From: Ophelia neglecta
Lineage: Eukaryota
Reading direction: 5' to 3'
Assembly (NCBI GenBank): GCA_965285935.1
Contig: OZ260662.1
Span: forward strand, 75,020,001 to 75,084,000
DNA: 64,000 nt
Position numbers and translations under genes: made by a program. How positions within the stretch are numbered: position 1 is the stretch's first letter; each line of letters opens with the position of its first letter. The notes under the pieces were generated by a model. It was not told the origin of the DNA. It saw nothing but the letters and a program-made list of their open reading frames with translations, and did no database searches. This document shows positions 13,451-26,300 of the stretch, in pieces.

Positions 13451-14822
13451 CATTATATATTAAATACATCAAATCATAACATTCTCCCTTCAAGAATTAT
13501 CGCCAAGCCTCGGGCTTTTACCCGAAACCAGCAATGCCATTAAAAGATAATTGATTAAAGCTACATCAACCGTATTATTCCATTTCACTAGACACCACTT
13601 ACTGCACTTCGCTTTTAAAGCGGAATTAAATAATATTTTTTCTTTATATTTTTCTTTGACGCAGTCTGTTTATAAACACTCGTATACGTGTATAGAATCC
13701 GCAAAGCCCCATTTCACGATGTTTCTATGAGAAATAAAACTACACTTCCCAATTCCAGGGTATACTTCAAACAGCCAAATACTTCGTCATCGAAGCATAC
13801 AGCTTGTTTTTAGATCGTTTAATTTCCTTTGTTTGAAACAAAAATCATATCAATGCGTGACTCTAATCGAATGATGTCCTAGTACGTCTTTTCTTTGGCT
13901 TTGTTCGATGACTATTTTATCTCTGTTACGAGAGGTTTTGTGGCTTCCTGTCTGCCACTGCCGATTCCAATGGATGGATTCTTTACCTGCGTGCCAACTT
14001 GTTGCAGCACACTGTGAAACAGGGTTATGTCTACCTGCCCGGAAATGTGGCAAAATGTCAAGTCTGCGTGTAGATTGATGTAAAATGTAGTCAACCTTTG
14101 ATATTGTGACATCTTTTATAGGAACCAGTGCCACTGAGGCCTAGCATTTGTTGCAAAGCACCATAGAATTAAGACAAACTATAGCTGAATGCCAATTCGA
14201 GGCATGCATTATCCATAAAAGTCTATGAACACAACTTGTTTGGCTTTTAATAAGAAGACCCTGTAACAAAAAAATGTATTATTCTTAAAATGGCTTTGAC
14301 GAATCGTATCACGTTCCAAAAACAAAAGTTTATACCCACGCTGCAGCATTGGATGCACCTGAATAAAAGTACGTGGTGTAGAATAACTACCAGTTGCTCG
14401 TTGCCCATTATATCTTTCGTCAGAGTTAAGGAAAAATCGACTTGCTATTGGTCATTCCATGCAGGGCTTTCTTCTCTTCTCACATCATGTATAATGCATT
14501 TCAGTGAACGAGAAGTCGTGGCCCTTAATCATGATACATGGAAAAAACGAGAAATTGCCTGCTACTGAATGGACATGGGACCTGTTGTTTATGGGCCCGC
14601 TGTTGAATTTGGGGTCGGTTTAATGGTTATACTCTTGATAGTTGGCTGTACTACAGCAAAAACAAAACAGGGGTGAATACCAGGCAGACAAAGAAAAGTT
14701 ATGAATCTAAAATAGTCTACCTCGGTTGGAAATCACCAGAAACAAGCAGTCACCGACCCCATTGATAAAAGATATTATATGACAAAGGGTTCTTACCTTT
14801 TTAGCGGAGCTTGAGAGAAAAC

Positions 14823-15011
14823 AGCTTTGTGTTAACGGCGAAAGCGAAAGCTGTGGCGAAAGCCTCTTAAAAGGAGCTAGCATGATCACAATAGTAACCC
14901 TACTTTTACCGTTTGAGAAGGGCCGGGTTAAAAAATGACTGATATTATAGATTATTGTACTACCAATGCTGCTTTCGCCGCACCTTTCGCTTTCGCTGTG
15001 AACACAAAGCC
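14823..15011. mobile_element. Mutator-like (9-bp TSD) MITE, 189 bp
   Basis: ~40-bp imperfect TIRs (AGCTTTGTGTTAACGGCGAAAGCGAAAGCTGTGGCGAAAGC / GCTTTCGCCGCACCTTTCGCTTTCGCTGTGAACACAAAGCC) flanked by the direct repeat AGAGAAAAC at 14814-14822 and 15012-15020. Confidence 0.85.
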
Positions 15012-15284
15012 AGAGAAAACCCAACATCCGAAGGAAAGTCCAGGTACCCTATGTGGAAAATAGATTCATACGAATTGACATAAACTTGAATATTTGGCTT
15101 ATGTACATATGAATTTATCAATGTCATTGTCCAAGTTCAAGGTCCCAGATTTTGCCAAAGTGCACAAAAATAAGGCACAATATTGATGCTGGCTTTTTCG
15201 ACCAAATTTAGCAATTTTATTCAAATAGGCATGTTTGTTTTGTGATAATCTCTAATCTAAAAAACATTTGGCTACTTTGAAAAC

Positions 15285-16880
15285 GTGGGTGTTTCACAAA
15301 CAATTCCGGTCAATCCCGTTACGATAAAATGTGGCAAATAATTATAACATGAACTTGAATGGCACTCTTGTTGGAATTTGACCCCAGCTTTAATTGTCAA
15401 GGTCATTTAAAAAAATCTGGATATAACTCTTTGCACTTGGCCACCAGAAAAATAATACTGTATTTTGTTTTCATTATATTAATAATGAAGCGACTTTTAT
15501 TTCGCCTAGTATGTATTTTGTTTTCATCATATTAATAATAAAGCCACTTTTATTTCGCCCAGTATAAGGTAATCGTGAAAGATCAAGATCACAAATCTGG
15601 ATAATTTGGGAAAACTAACTGTGTATGTGATATGCATATAGCTGCTAATGCACTTAATCCAAAAAATTGCCAAAATATTTATCTTCAAAGTTGGTAGTTT
15701 GGTGCTTAAAATTTAACTTTCTGACGGTCTTATTAATTTATTACAGTACCCTTTATCAGCTAATCCTATCAGGATAATCTCGAACCTCCCGCTCAGTTTA
15801 TCAGACAGTCGTATCTGCCCAGCACACTATCAGACAAATCTGACCAAAGTATGATTTTATTTAGCTAATCTGCCTGTCTAGCTGCCGACTTATAACAAAG
15901 CACATTCTTTCAATCAAGTTTTCTGTATTTACCGGTACATCTATACTAGCTTATACTAAGTGTCTACATTGCCTTCAATCAAGACACATGTTTGCTTTAA
16001 GTACCTCATTCCTTGGGATTATTATTATTCATATCAGTATTATTATTATTATTTTTAATATTTCATCCATTTATATATATATTGGGTATCCCTATTCTGG
16101 GACTAAAAGTGTCTTTATAAAAATGGAAATTAAAAATGTCTACCATGCATCACTAGGAAGTTTTGAGGGAGGCATTGGGCCAAGGATTGTCATATTTTGA
16201 TATTGTGTAATCCTAAGATCAATCAATGTGGATGCTGAGATTCAGCTTAATGATAGTATATGCACATTCAGATCGCGAATTTCATCTACTCAATTATGGT
16301 ATTACAAAAGGCAGCTGCAAGTGATGTTGAAATGTCAGTCAGTGTTTAATGGTATAGAGGAGAGTTTGGCTTGGCCTGCGCACATAGCACTTTATGTGAA
16401 TCGACATATGTTTCCTTGTAAATTTATCCAGTTTTGTACTTTTGCATCATATACACTAATAACGAATGTTTTACAATAGCCCTCGGAGAATAACAAAACA
16501 TAACAACGTTAGAGACTAGTCATGTGTCATTGTGTTCAGGGCTAGGCTTCAATTACCAAAGTTAGTTTCGCCTTTTTTGCTTGGAAAAATACTATGTAAA
16601 CAATGGTAAAAGGGGCTGATGAGATAATACATCCAAGGAGGGGGGGGGGGGGTACTTTGGTAGAGGATTGAAGCCAGTTTTAAATTATTTGATATGCATA
16701 TACCAATATCAATAAATGCTTATTCTAGTCTGCACTATCCACTCATCACATCCATCTCAAAGATGTTGTGATCCAAGTGGTAAGACGTTTCCCGCATTTG
16801 CCACTCAACCACTCTACTTGAATTTTACTTGCCTGTTGAATGGTCGTGTCATGCAAAGCCCGTATTTTGATGTCCAACAT
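15285..16880 (+). repeat. Old interspersed repeat, copy A (homologous to ~61565-63545)
   Basis: Colinear diverged blocks shared with 61.6-63.5 kb: TCAAGATCRCAAA, CACACTATCAGACAA, CACATTCTTTCAATC, GCGAATTTSATCTAC, TAGTTTCGCCTTTT. Boundaries are approximate. Confidence 0.7.
15459..15564 (+). repeat. Tandem duplication, 2 x 53 bp
   Basis: TGTATTTTGTTTTCAT(T/C)ATATTAATAAT(G/A)AAGC(G/C)ACTTTTATTTCGCC(T/C)AGTA occurs twice. Confidence 0.9.
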
Positions 16881-16939
16881 AAATGCACTTTTAGTTGATT
16901 TTGGTTTGTTTGAAAGGTGTCCACCCTGAGCTTAAAGAA

Positions 16940-19140
16940 TCCAGCTTAGTGAGCTGATTCATCGGGTATAAGCATACAGCACAGCCGCAATGAAACCAAC
17001 ATATATATCAGGGCTTTCACTGCTATATCGAGTTTAGTTGACCAATTTCCTTTCAGGTAAACATTAATATTCTTATATTCGATCCAGTCAAGCAACGAAT
17101 TGCTGGCTCCTTTGTTAAGTGTTTGGGTAACAACCCTGGCTTAACATTGATCACTTGGATGCTCACACTGTCAAATGCTCAAATGATGGCATGCGCTGGT
17201 GCAGTATGCGACCCGCAGAACACCACTTGCCCTAGCCGAATAGTTCAGGAAACTTATCTGCAGAACATCGCATACAATTCAGTAGTAATGCTAATAGATA
17301 AACTGCGCATCTATTATCTCTGGACATCTGCGTGCGCTGATGCTGGCAAGAGAAAACGGACTGCGAAGGACAAATGGTAGTAAGCATCCACTGCGTAGTG
17401 AGGGTATCAGTAGACTAGTCCGCAGAGAAACCGCTTAGTGTGTGTGGGTCTCCATCATTTACTTTGAAATGAGCAATGGAGCATCTACTAGGAAATAGAC
17501 ATCTTAATAAGAACTTAATATCCTGGACGCATAAGCAGGAGTGTCGTTAATTTCCTAGTTGGTTGGATTGATATGTTCTGATAGCACCATGCCAGTATCG
17601 TGGTTTCTGGTCTTTTTATTGTTTAGCATAGTAGTGACACAGGAGCTTTCCTATGGCGGCTTTTAGCATAATACGGAGCTCCAGGCTAAAGGCGCGGAGA
17701 CATGAAGCTTGAAAGAGGGACCCTGGAGATATGTCAAACCTGGAGTGCCCCTTGGGGAAACAATGACACTTTAGGCAGGTAAAAAATAGGATATTTTCCT
17801 CTTGTTCGGCTTCAAATTTATCATCATTCCCAGTTTTGTTCCCAATGGGTTGCATCCACAGGATTTCCCACGTGCGCAAAGCTGCGAATTTTTAGTTTTG
17901 TTAGTAACTTAACCCTTGTTGACATCTGTGGTCAATCGGGGCCAATGATAGCCTCACATTGTATGCTCTTGTGGTATTCAATGACGTGCTTGCGAGCAAC
18001 ACGTTAATTGCATACTGTCTGAGCATTATTCCTGGTCATCACTTTGAATTTAAGCCTGATGGCATTTGTTCAGAAATCGGTTGCCTTTTCCATTATGTGC
18101 ACAGTATTCTACCCTGTATGAATCATCAATCAACCATTGCTCAAATGGATAAACTATTATGTATAACGAAAGATAAATGTTATGCAAACATGATTGATTG
18201 TTAACGAGACACTTTGATATTGTAATATAATCTGCTAATCTCTTGTGGAATGTCGATATTTCTTGGATTAGGAAAAAACATACTGAAACGAATGGATAAC
18301 TGATCACTCTGGTTAGTCAATAATCGTATTCAAAATTGCGACACGTTGCTGCATGTTGTTTATGATTTATGCCGGTGCAGATTCACATGGCCCGAGGAGG
18401 GCTCCGTTGGGGCACCGCCTCGAGGGATGTTGCCCCCTACCCCAGTGACGGCCAAACATCAAGTGTAAGCTCGGCTAACAACAAGGAGAAACGCATACCG
18501 TGTAAAGAATGTGTAGCCTTAATTGGGGAACGAGACACTAGGGAAAATGGATTGGAAACTGAATTCAATGGGAGTAAACCTCGGGAAATGCGTGACTTCC
18601 GGCCACCGCCATTTTCTCGTGACCTCAGCCTTCGCCGAGCGGGATCCAGGGGAAGTCCCATTGACAGACGGAGCTCCCTTGGGGTCATTCCCGAGAGAAG
18701 GGGTTCAGCTCCTACTGCTAGGATTTCCTCATCTCCCGCCAGACGGAGCTCCCTTAGTGCCCGAGTGATGATTACGCCATCTAGGAGGATGCAAGCAGCT
18801 AGTCCAGAGCTGTGGGCGATGAACGGGTCGTTTGGACGGAGGCGATCCAGTATTTTCCAAGCATTGGTGAGTTTGAATATGATTCCAAAATTAGTCAAGC
18901 TAAAATAGTCATACATGCCTTGCATTGAAAGAAAAGGACTAGGGGATACTCAGATTTGATTATCATGCTGCTGGGTGTTAATGGTTCGAATGGCTTGCAT
19001 CTCAAATTTGCCAATTTACACTTTATGTAGTATACGGGTGATCTCGTTATATCGTTCGACAAATATGCCGTCATACTTTGCCTTACAATTTGATATTGCC
19101 TGCCAGCATTTTGATGTCCGAAATTAATCCACCCTCGTTA
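16940..19140 (+). repeat. Direct segmental duplication, copy 2 (~2.2 kb)
   Basis: Colinear with 11160-13450. Boundaries are approximate. Confidence 0.95.
18381..18866 (+). CDS. Coding exon (copy 2), paralog of 12686-13171
   Basis: Same CAG acceptor (18378-18380), ATG at 18387 and TTG|GTGAGT donor. By eye there are 13 substitutions versus copy 1 (8 synonymous, 5 replacement) and no indels. Confidence 0.75.
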
Positions 19141-20163
19141 GTTTGGATGACTCTTACGGTCCCTGGTGACTTTAATGGACGATTTTTATTCACGGTTCTA
19201 ATTACTGCCGAGTACCCACTCCCATTTTTGTTACATATATCTGTACCAGACGTGCTCAATCATTTGGCTATTTACTCTAACGACATATTACGGGTGGCTT
19301 TGAGGATAAAGGGCCATTTTGGCACGCCAATGTGTGGCTGTTAGTAAAAAAACAAATGTCCCTAGCTATGTAGGCGTGTATGAATACACCGAATATGCGC
19401 TTTGAGGTAATTGTTCGCCTATGCTGAATAACTTTTATTGACGCGTGACCTGAAATACACTTTGAACTGTATACTAATCTAAAAGAATCGGATTGGATAC
19501 GCCATTTTACGTTCCAAACGGCCAGAAGACCCTGGCGATTTCATTATTGACCGCATCCCATTTAAGTTGGGTTCAATGAAATCCTTTCGGGGTTCGTATA
19601 TTCTGAATCATCCCAGGTTAGTGTATTCTCAGTGGTTCATCCTACACGAGGAAACAGAGAATACTGCTAAATGTAGGTCACTATATAATTAGATCCATTG
19701 ACTTGCTGTCTTGATGGAATGGTTGAAATATCGAACATCATCACTAAATAAGAAGTCAAAAGTTCACCAAAAGTTCAGAATTTGACAAAATGGAAAAAGC
19801 TAAGGCGGCCACTCAGGTCATCGAAAGTATTAATGAACTTGTAGTTTTATTAAAAAAAAATACACTAATGTTAGTCAGATGGTCCAAATGTGTATTGATG
19901 GTTTCTATTATGATATTTTGCCTGATTAATGTTATTATATTATGCTCATTTCATGTAGGACATTAAAAACCCTCTGGTTGTCTGTATAGTTTTGCCACAC
20001 CATGGGCATGTTGTTCGGTCCGAGCAGAAAATGACTATTAAATACAATTATTTGTAAATATGTATAATATACCCCTGATTAAAAGTTCATTCCACTCACC
20101 AAGTGTGTATTACCTTCACCATATCTTGTAGAAAGCATATTTATTTTATTTTGTATTTAAACA

Positions 20164-21215
20164 CTAATGAGGCTCTTGCTGCAAATAGACACACTCAATA
20201 GGCTTTGTTGGCATGATGGAGATGTTGCCAGATGAGTCCTCTCTTGCTGAGTTGTATTGAAGGCTCGTGTTAGTACAGCGAAACTCGCACATAGCATCTT
20301 CAGTTCTCATTGTGGTCACTCCACTTTCCTGATCTCGCTCTGATCCTGCTGAAATGAGTTATTTATCTTGTATTTCATTGGCAGGTTCGAATAGTCAACG
20401 GTCAGAAGTCCTTCAGCAGTGAAATAGTCTGGGAGTAATGCACAAACAGTATCGAGTAGAATATCATATCTAAGATACCCTTCACGGGATTTGTTCTCTC
20501 ACGTGTCATATGAGGGATGATCAACGGATGTCGTTGAAGCAAAACCAATTGAAAGCGTGGGGACTGTTGATTGTAATTTTCTTGTTCTGATCCTCCGGTT
20601 GAAGCCATTGGTAGCCGGTATTGGCACTACTCGTACATTAATCTTTATACAAGGACTAGGCAGATATGTGAACATGTGCAATAATAGTTTGATATGTCTA
20701 TTTGGTAGCCTGAACTGCCACCATTGCCTTGATTTAGAAGCGCTCTAGTTGCCTTGTATTCGATGTGGCTTTTAGATTACGGACTGGGATATTTAGATAA
20801 AAGTAGACAAGTAGTCTCATTCCTGTTAAAAAGAGAGGGCAGTTTGCAAAAAAACACCTGCAGTTTATAAAGATGAATAGATATTACTATAAATGCAGCG
20901 AACCATTCTCAGATGGGAGCCAATGGTTTGTTATGTGTTTGGCCATCAGTATAGGACCCGAGCGATTTGTTCGAGTCGCTTCCTTTGTATAGTGGCATCT
21001 CTGCAGGGATGCCGATTTATCAGCTGTCAGAGCCAGGGCCATCTCACCACACTCCGCCAAATTGGTAAAAGGAACATAAAATAACATCCCTCGCCAGTCT
21101 TCTGGCTTTTCTTTGCAAAACAAGCCACTTTTGGACGCACTCATCTCAGAGTTACGACTAGTGCTGTAACCTTATTAAGGCGTTCAGTGAGTAAGATGTA
21201 ACTTTTTGTCTAGCT
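20164..21215 (-). pseudogene. Possible decayed Myb/SANT-like gene (PIF/Harbinger accessory-protein type)
   Basis: A frameshifted minus-strand reading LTERLNKV/STSRNS/DECVQKWLVLQRKARRLARDV...QFGG resembles the Myb/SANT-like pattern R...eC.kKW..lk..ar...GG. An open terminal-exon-like segment at 20348-20164 is followed by AATAAA. Confidence 0.35.
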
Positions 21216-22944
21216 GTTAAGAGCATTAAGGTAGGGTCAAACCCATTTTAAATCCCCCCCGCGAATACTCCCACAATAATAACGTTGATGCTTAACAAAA
21301 AGAGTGTAGGTAAATTGCTGTGAAATAGCCTACCATTGCTGAAAGAGACTTTCTCCATTTCTCCGGATTCCAGAGGGAAATTTGATTAAGTCGAATGAGT
21401 ATATACTAAAACAGCACGCGTAATGGAACTCTTACGTGTAGCTAATCGCGTTAATATACTTAGCGAAGGACAAATGCAGACATGATCCACACACTTCCCA
21501 AGTACATTTAAACCCCAGGGGTAAACCTAGGGTCTTGACCCTAAAATAGCATCCGCAAGAAACATGAGGTGGCGTATGTCCCATTATCACTTCACTTAAA
21601 TTAGCCCATGATGATCATGCAATCTTTTAGCAATACACCACTACCATACAACTTGGTAATGCTGTGCTTCAAAAGAATGGTGATAATTCACTTAATACTG
21701 AGTATCTTCTCTAGACTGGCTTAGGTGGGCAAACGCCACCGCAATCCTTTGTTAAAAGACCAGTACTAATTTTCTTGGAAAGTCGGGTAGGCGAGTATAA
21801 CTAGCTGGAAAATGCATGGGGACGACGGGGGCTGAGCCACAGCATAGACAATTGGACTAAAGACTCAGCACCATTATCACCCATCCTAACTAGTACTCAA
21901 TCCCGATGTCTGGACGAATAGGCAACAGAGAGCGACTGGGCTCTGACGGTGCAAATTAGTTTCAGCACCCAACGATCTAGTACTCGCGATAGTCCGGCAA
22001 TTGGGCAAAACATAGGGGAAGGCGTAGGAGGTCATGGGTTTTTTGGTAGTATGCAGATCGCTTTAAAACTTGGCTGTCGCCTCGGTTTTATGACCTCTTA
22101 GTACCACCAGAAACCCATGCTATATCTCAAACATGTTGTTAGCATCGGTACTCTGCTCGATATAAACCTCAGCTGTCGCCTCGATCGGTTAATATCTACT
22201 CGATAACCACCCGAAACCCATGCTACAACTAAGACAAGTTTGACATCAATTCCTCCTTGAGTTCGTCTTTCGCTAGTATCGCCGGTTTAGACACAACTAG
22301 CTTCCCTAAGTGGAAAGGAGGCCTTGAATCTGTTGATGGAACTATCTGGACTTGTTGGGATTCTTCTCTAGGCCGATGACCTTGTCCCTAATCAATCGTA
22401 TTTGCCCGCATTGGGGGACATTCAAAATTGACGAATCGATGTACCATTACAATTAGTTTACGGTCTATCAAGTGAGTAGCCAGGATCGAACTGCTCGGCC
22501 TATATGCCATGCCGGCGATGTCTTGTCTTACCCCTTGGGCTTCTACCATTGATTACCCTTTGTTCGCTATGCCTGAGGAGCAATCTTAACACAAGAATAA
22601 CCTAGTTCAGCTTCAATCCGTCAATTACTGTTGTAATAAGTAGTTCGGTGTTGTGTGTATTATCTCCATAACACTGCCGGCAAGGGAAAGTCCAGGAGGA
22701 CAGTCTGCTTGATGTTTAGATTTTTCTAACAAGCATTTAAATCTAAAGATTTCCCTTGTTTGTCATTAAATCCTTAGAATGTCGCCTAAGAATGGACATT
22801 TCCGTGGTAGCATATTTCACGATTAAACCCTAGCGACCTTATAATTGTCCAACTGGGATCCTCCATATATAGATTCATTACATGTAAATCAAATGACTAT
22901 AACACAGACTATACACTTTCGAACTGGCACCACAATTGAACCAT

Positions 22945-22983
<39 letters not shown>

Positions 22984-23044
22984 GTTTATTTCTACAAGAT
23001 TACATGCAACTTACAACGGACATTCCAGATACAATTCGTGACAT

Positions 23045-23233
23045 AAGGCAAATAGCAAAAGTATTGAACCAAAAATAATGTAAATATTGAACCAAAGAAA
23101 TAATGAGCTAGTAAGTACTTGAACTAGAACTATTAATAACAAAGGCAAATAACTAAAACTACTGAACACAAAGTATTGTAAATATTGAACACAAGAGATA
23201 ATGAGTTAGCAAGTACTTAAGATCAGACTAATT
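23045..23233 (-). repeat. ~97-bp diverged tandem duplication in the LINE 3' UTR
   Basis: AAGGCAAATA...TGTAAATATTGAAC...ATAATGAG(C/T)TAG(T/C)AAGTACTT occurs at ~23045-23134 and ~23142-23233. Confidence 0.8.
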
Positions 23234-23341
23234 CTATACATGCATACACTTGATTATTCCTTAGCTGACATACGTAAACATCTAAGTACGCAGACACATG
23301 CTCGTACATATACTTATATGTTGGCACCCATCTGTCCGAGG

Positions 23342-26300
23342 CTATTTCAGTCTCAATATTTTTTCTCGATCAAATAGAATTGTTAGATTTGGATACATAT
23401 CCCTTGTTCCGAATCTAAACTTGACAATGCTAAGTTTTCCTATTAATATAAGATAGTTGGGAATACGATTTAATATAGAATATGGGACAAACCCTAATAT
23501 AACATTCTCTTCTGTGAGTAATACCCTCTTATTTAGCAACACAGAGATTTCCTGTTCTATAGAATTCCACAATTTTCTGACTCGATTGCAGTAATAAAGC
23601 ATATGATCTAGTGATTCAACCACATTACACTCACTGCACATAGGAGAAACTGATTTACCTATCTTAAATAAATATTTATTATTTGGGAAAATATTGTGGA
23701 GAATCTTCCACTGAAGGCTTATAATACGTGTTTCACTACACACATGCCTAGCTAGTAGAAATGTATGTGAATCAACTGCTTTATCCCCATATTTTTCAAC
23801 CCAGTATTTTGTTATATGTGTTTTAAAATCAGGCATGTTAGATAATATTTCATTCCTAATTAATTTAGAATCTGTATTTTGTGTATATTTTAATTGTTTA
23901 AAAAGGATGTTGCGATTGCACTTGTTTTCAAATAATCTGTCTAGAGCTGGACGATTAAGTGCATTTCGAACAGCATTTAATTCCCACGAATTCAATGTGT
24001 GAGGTGGGAGTTTCTCCAAAACCATCTCCTCACAGAGGTTACCATTACTTAAAATATCACTAAGATAAACTATTTCATGGTCAATCCATCTTTTAATAAA
24101 TAAAACGCTTCCCCTATATTGAATATACCGATTATTGAACAAAACAGTGGATATGTAATTTTCTGTCACCTGATTTTCTGTCACCCATAATTGCAGAAGG
24201 TGGAGCCAGTAGCTTGGCTCATCCTTCGTCAGACCTCTAAATTTACCAAAAGAAACATAGCTGTTAAAAACACTTAGATTTTTTCCGAGTCTGTCATAAA
24301 AAGACTGTGGTATAATTTTCCAAGATCTATTTTCATTATCTAACAATTTGCTTACCCACTTAAAGATCATCTGTTTAAACATAATATGCATATCTATCAT
24401 GCCAAGTCCCCCTTCGTCGTAATTCCTGATCAGTATACTACGGGATACTCTCTCTGTCGCTGTAGTCAACTGTTGCCGCTGATTTGCCCACAGAAATTTA
24501 TAACATATTCTGTTTATCCTTACAAGCACATTTTCAGGTATAAAGATACTTTGCATTACATAATTAAATTGGCTTGCTAAAAAAGTTTTAACAATCTGGA
24601 TTTTCCCTATAATTGTGAGATTTCGTTGGATCCATTGTCTGGTTATATTTTCACACTTTTTTATTCTATAATCAAAATTTTCGTCACATTCATAGGAATT
24701 CTTTGTATTAGACAGATATATACCTAAAACTTTTAGTTGATTTTCGGGAAATATTTTCCATTTTAAACCTAAAGTTGTTTTTCTTCGAAATTTCCAGCAT
24801 CCTAACCAGATAGCTTCACTTTTTGACCTATTCAATTCTAATCCTGAGATAAAGAAAAAAGATTCTACCACCCGAATGAAGTTAATTAATGACTCTTCAT
24901 CGGAAACCAGTCCTGTACAATCATCTGCGAACTGTAATAATTTAGATGCGATGGCATTTTGATTACCTTTAACTTTTATGGGGATGCCCTTGATTTCTTG
25001 AGTCTGTCTTATTTTGCAAGATAATACTTCCAACCCCAAGATAAAAATCAATGGTGAGAGAGGGCAACCTTGGCGGATACCCCGTCGTAACTCGATCGGC
25101 CGAGTAAACCAGCCACTATGATTTACTATAGCCTGGGTCTTAACGTTTAGAGTTTTGATCCATCGAATAACAGATGGACCAAAATTGAAGATCTTCAAAC
25201 ATTTAAACATATACTCTTTTGAGATGCTGTCAAATGCCTTTTTGTAGTCTAAGGCTACTAGAATTCCAGGAATATTTTTAATTCTAGTGTATTCCATTAC
25301 ATCTTCCACAGCCCGAATTACCTCTGCGGCAGAGCGACCCTTCATAAAGCCAGCCTGGTCATTAGATATTATTTTAGATATGATTTTCTTTAGACGATTT
25401 GCTATTACCTTTGCAGCAATCTTATAGTCTATAGGACTTAAAGAAATAGGCCGCCAATTTCCTAGCAGTTCTTTTGATAGACCTTTTCCTTTATGCTGTA
25501 AGGAAATAATGCTTGTCCTTTGATTCAGGGACATGTGCCCTGTATTGTAAGCATAATTAATAGATTGAGTAACCATTTCGCCAATGTCTGCCCAAAAAAC
25601 TTTATACCACCCCGCAGTGAGACCATCTATGCCGGGGCTTGAATCATTTTTCATGCTTTTCAAAGCTCTGCTACACTCTTCCCTTGTAATCTCCCCCTCA
25701 CAGGATTCCCTCTCCTCGTCGGTGAGACGGGGAACATTTATATTCTCAATAAATCGGTCTAATCTTTCGTCAGAGAAGGCAATGTTTTTGTCATAAAGTT
25801 TAGTGTAGAACAAGTGCAATTCATTCAAGATTTCGTCTTTACCCTCAGTTCGTGATCTGTCATCTTTCTGCAAAGAATTTATGGTTTTTCTTATTCCACT
25901 GCTCCGCTCTAACCCCAAAAAATGCTTATTATTTTTTTCCCCTTCACAAATCCATCGATATTTAGATCTCAGTTGAGCTCCCTTTGCTAGCTCCATTTCA
26001 TATATTCCTATTTCCTTATTATACTTATTAATCTGTGTTTTTATATATTCATTAGTTGGCGATTTTAAAAATTGTTTATTAGCTTTTTCCAATTTGTTTT
26101 GCAAACCAGAGTACTTTTGTCTCTTTTCCGAAGCTCGTTTTTTACTGTATCTAAGAGTTACTTGACGGACTTTATTTTTTAATATTTCAAATTTATAGTC
26201 GGGTGATACTGTTTCATAATCACTGTTGACGGATTTTATAACTTCATTTATTTCCTTTAGATAATCTGCCTCCTTTAATAACATATTGTTAAATTTCCAA

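Noticed and set aside
24920-24934. RT catalytic motif FADD instead of YADD
   Set aside because: FADD is normal in L1-clade reverse transcriptases.
24386-25796. Small plus-strand ORFs inside the LINE
   Set aside because: They are antisense shadows of ORF2 with no independent evidence.
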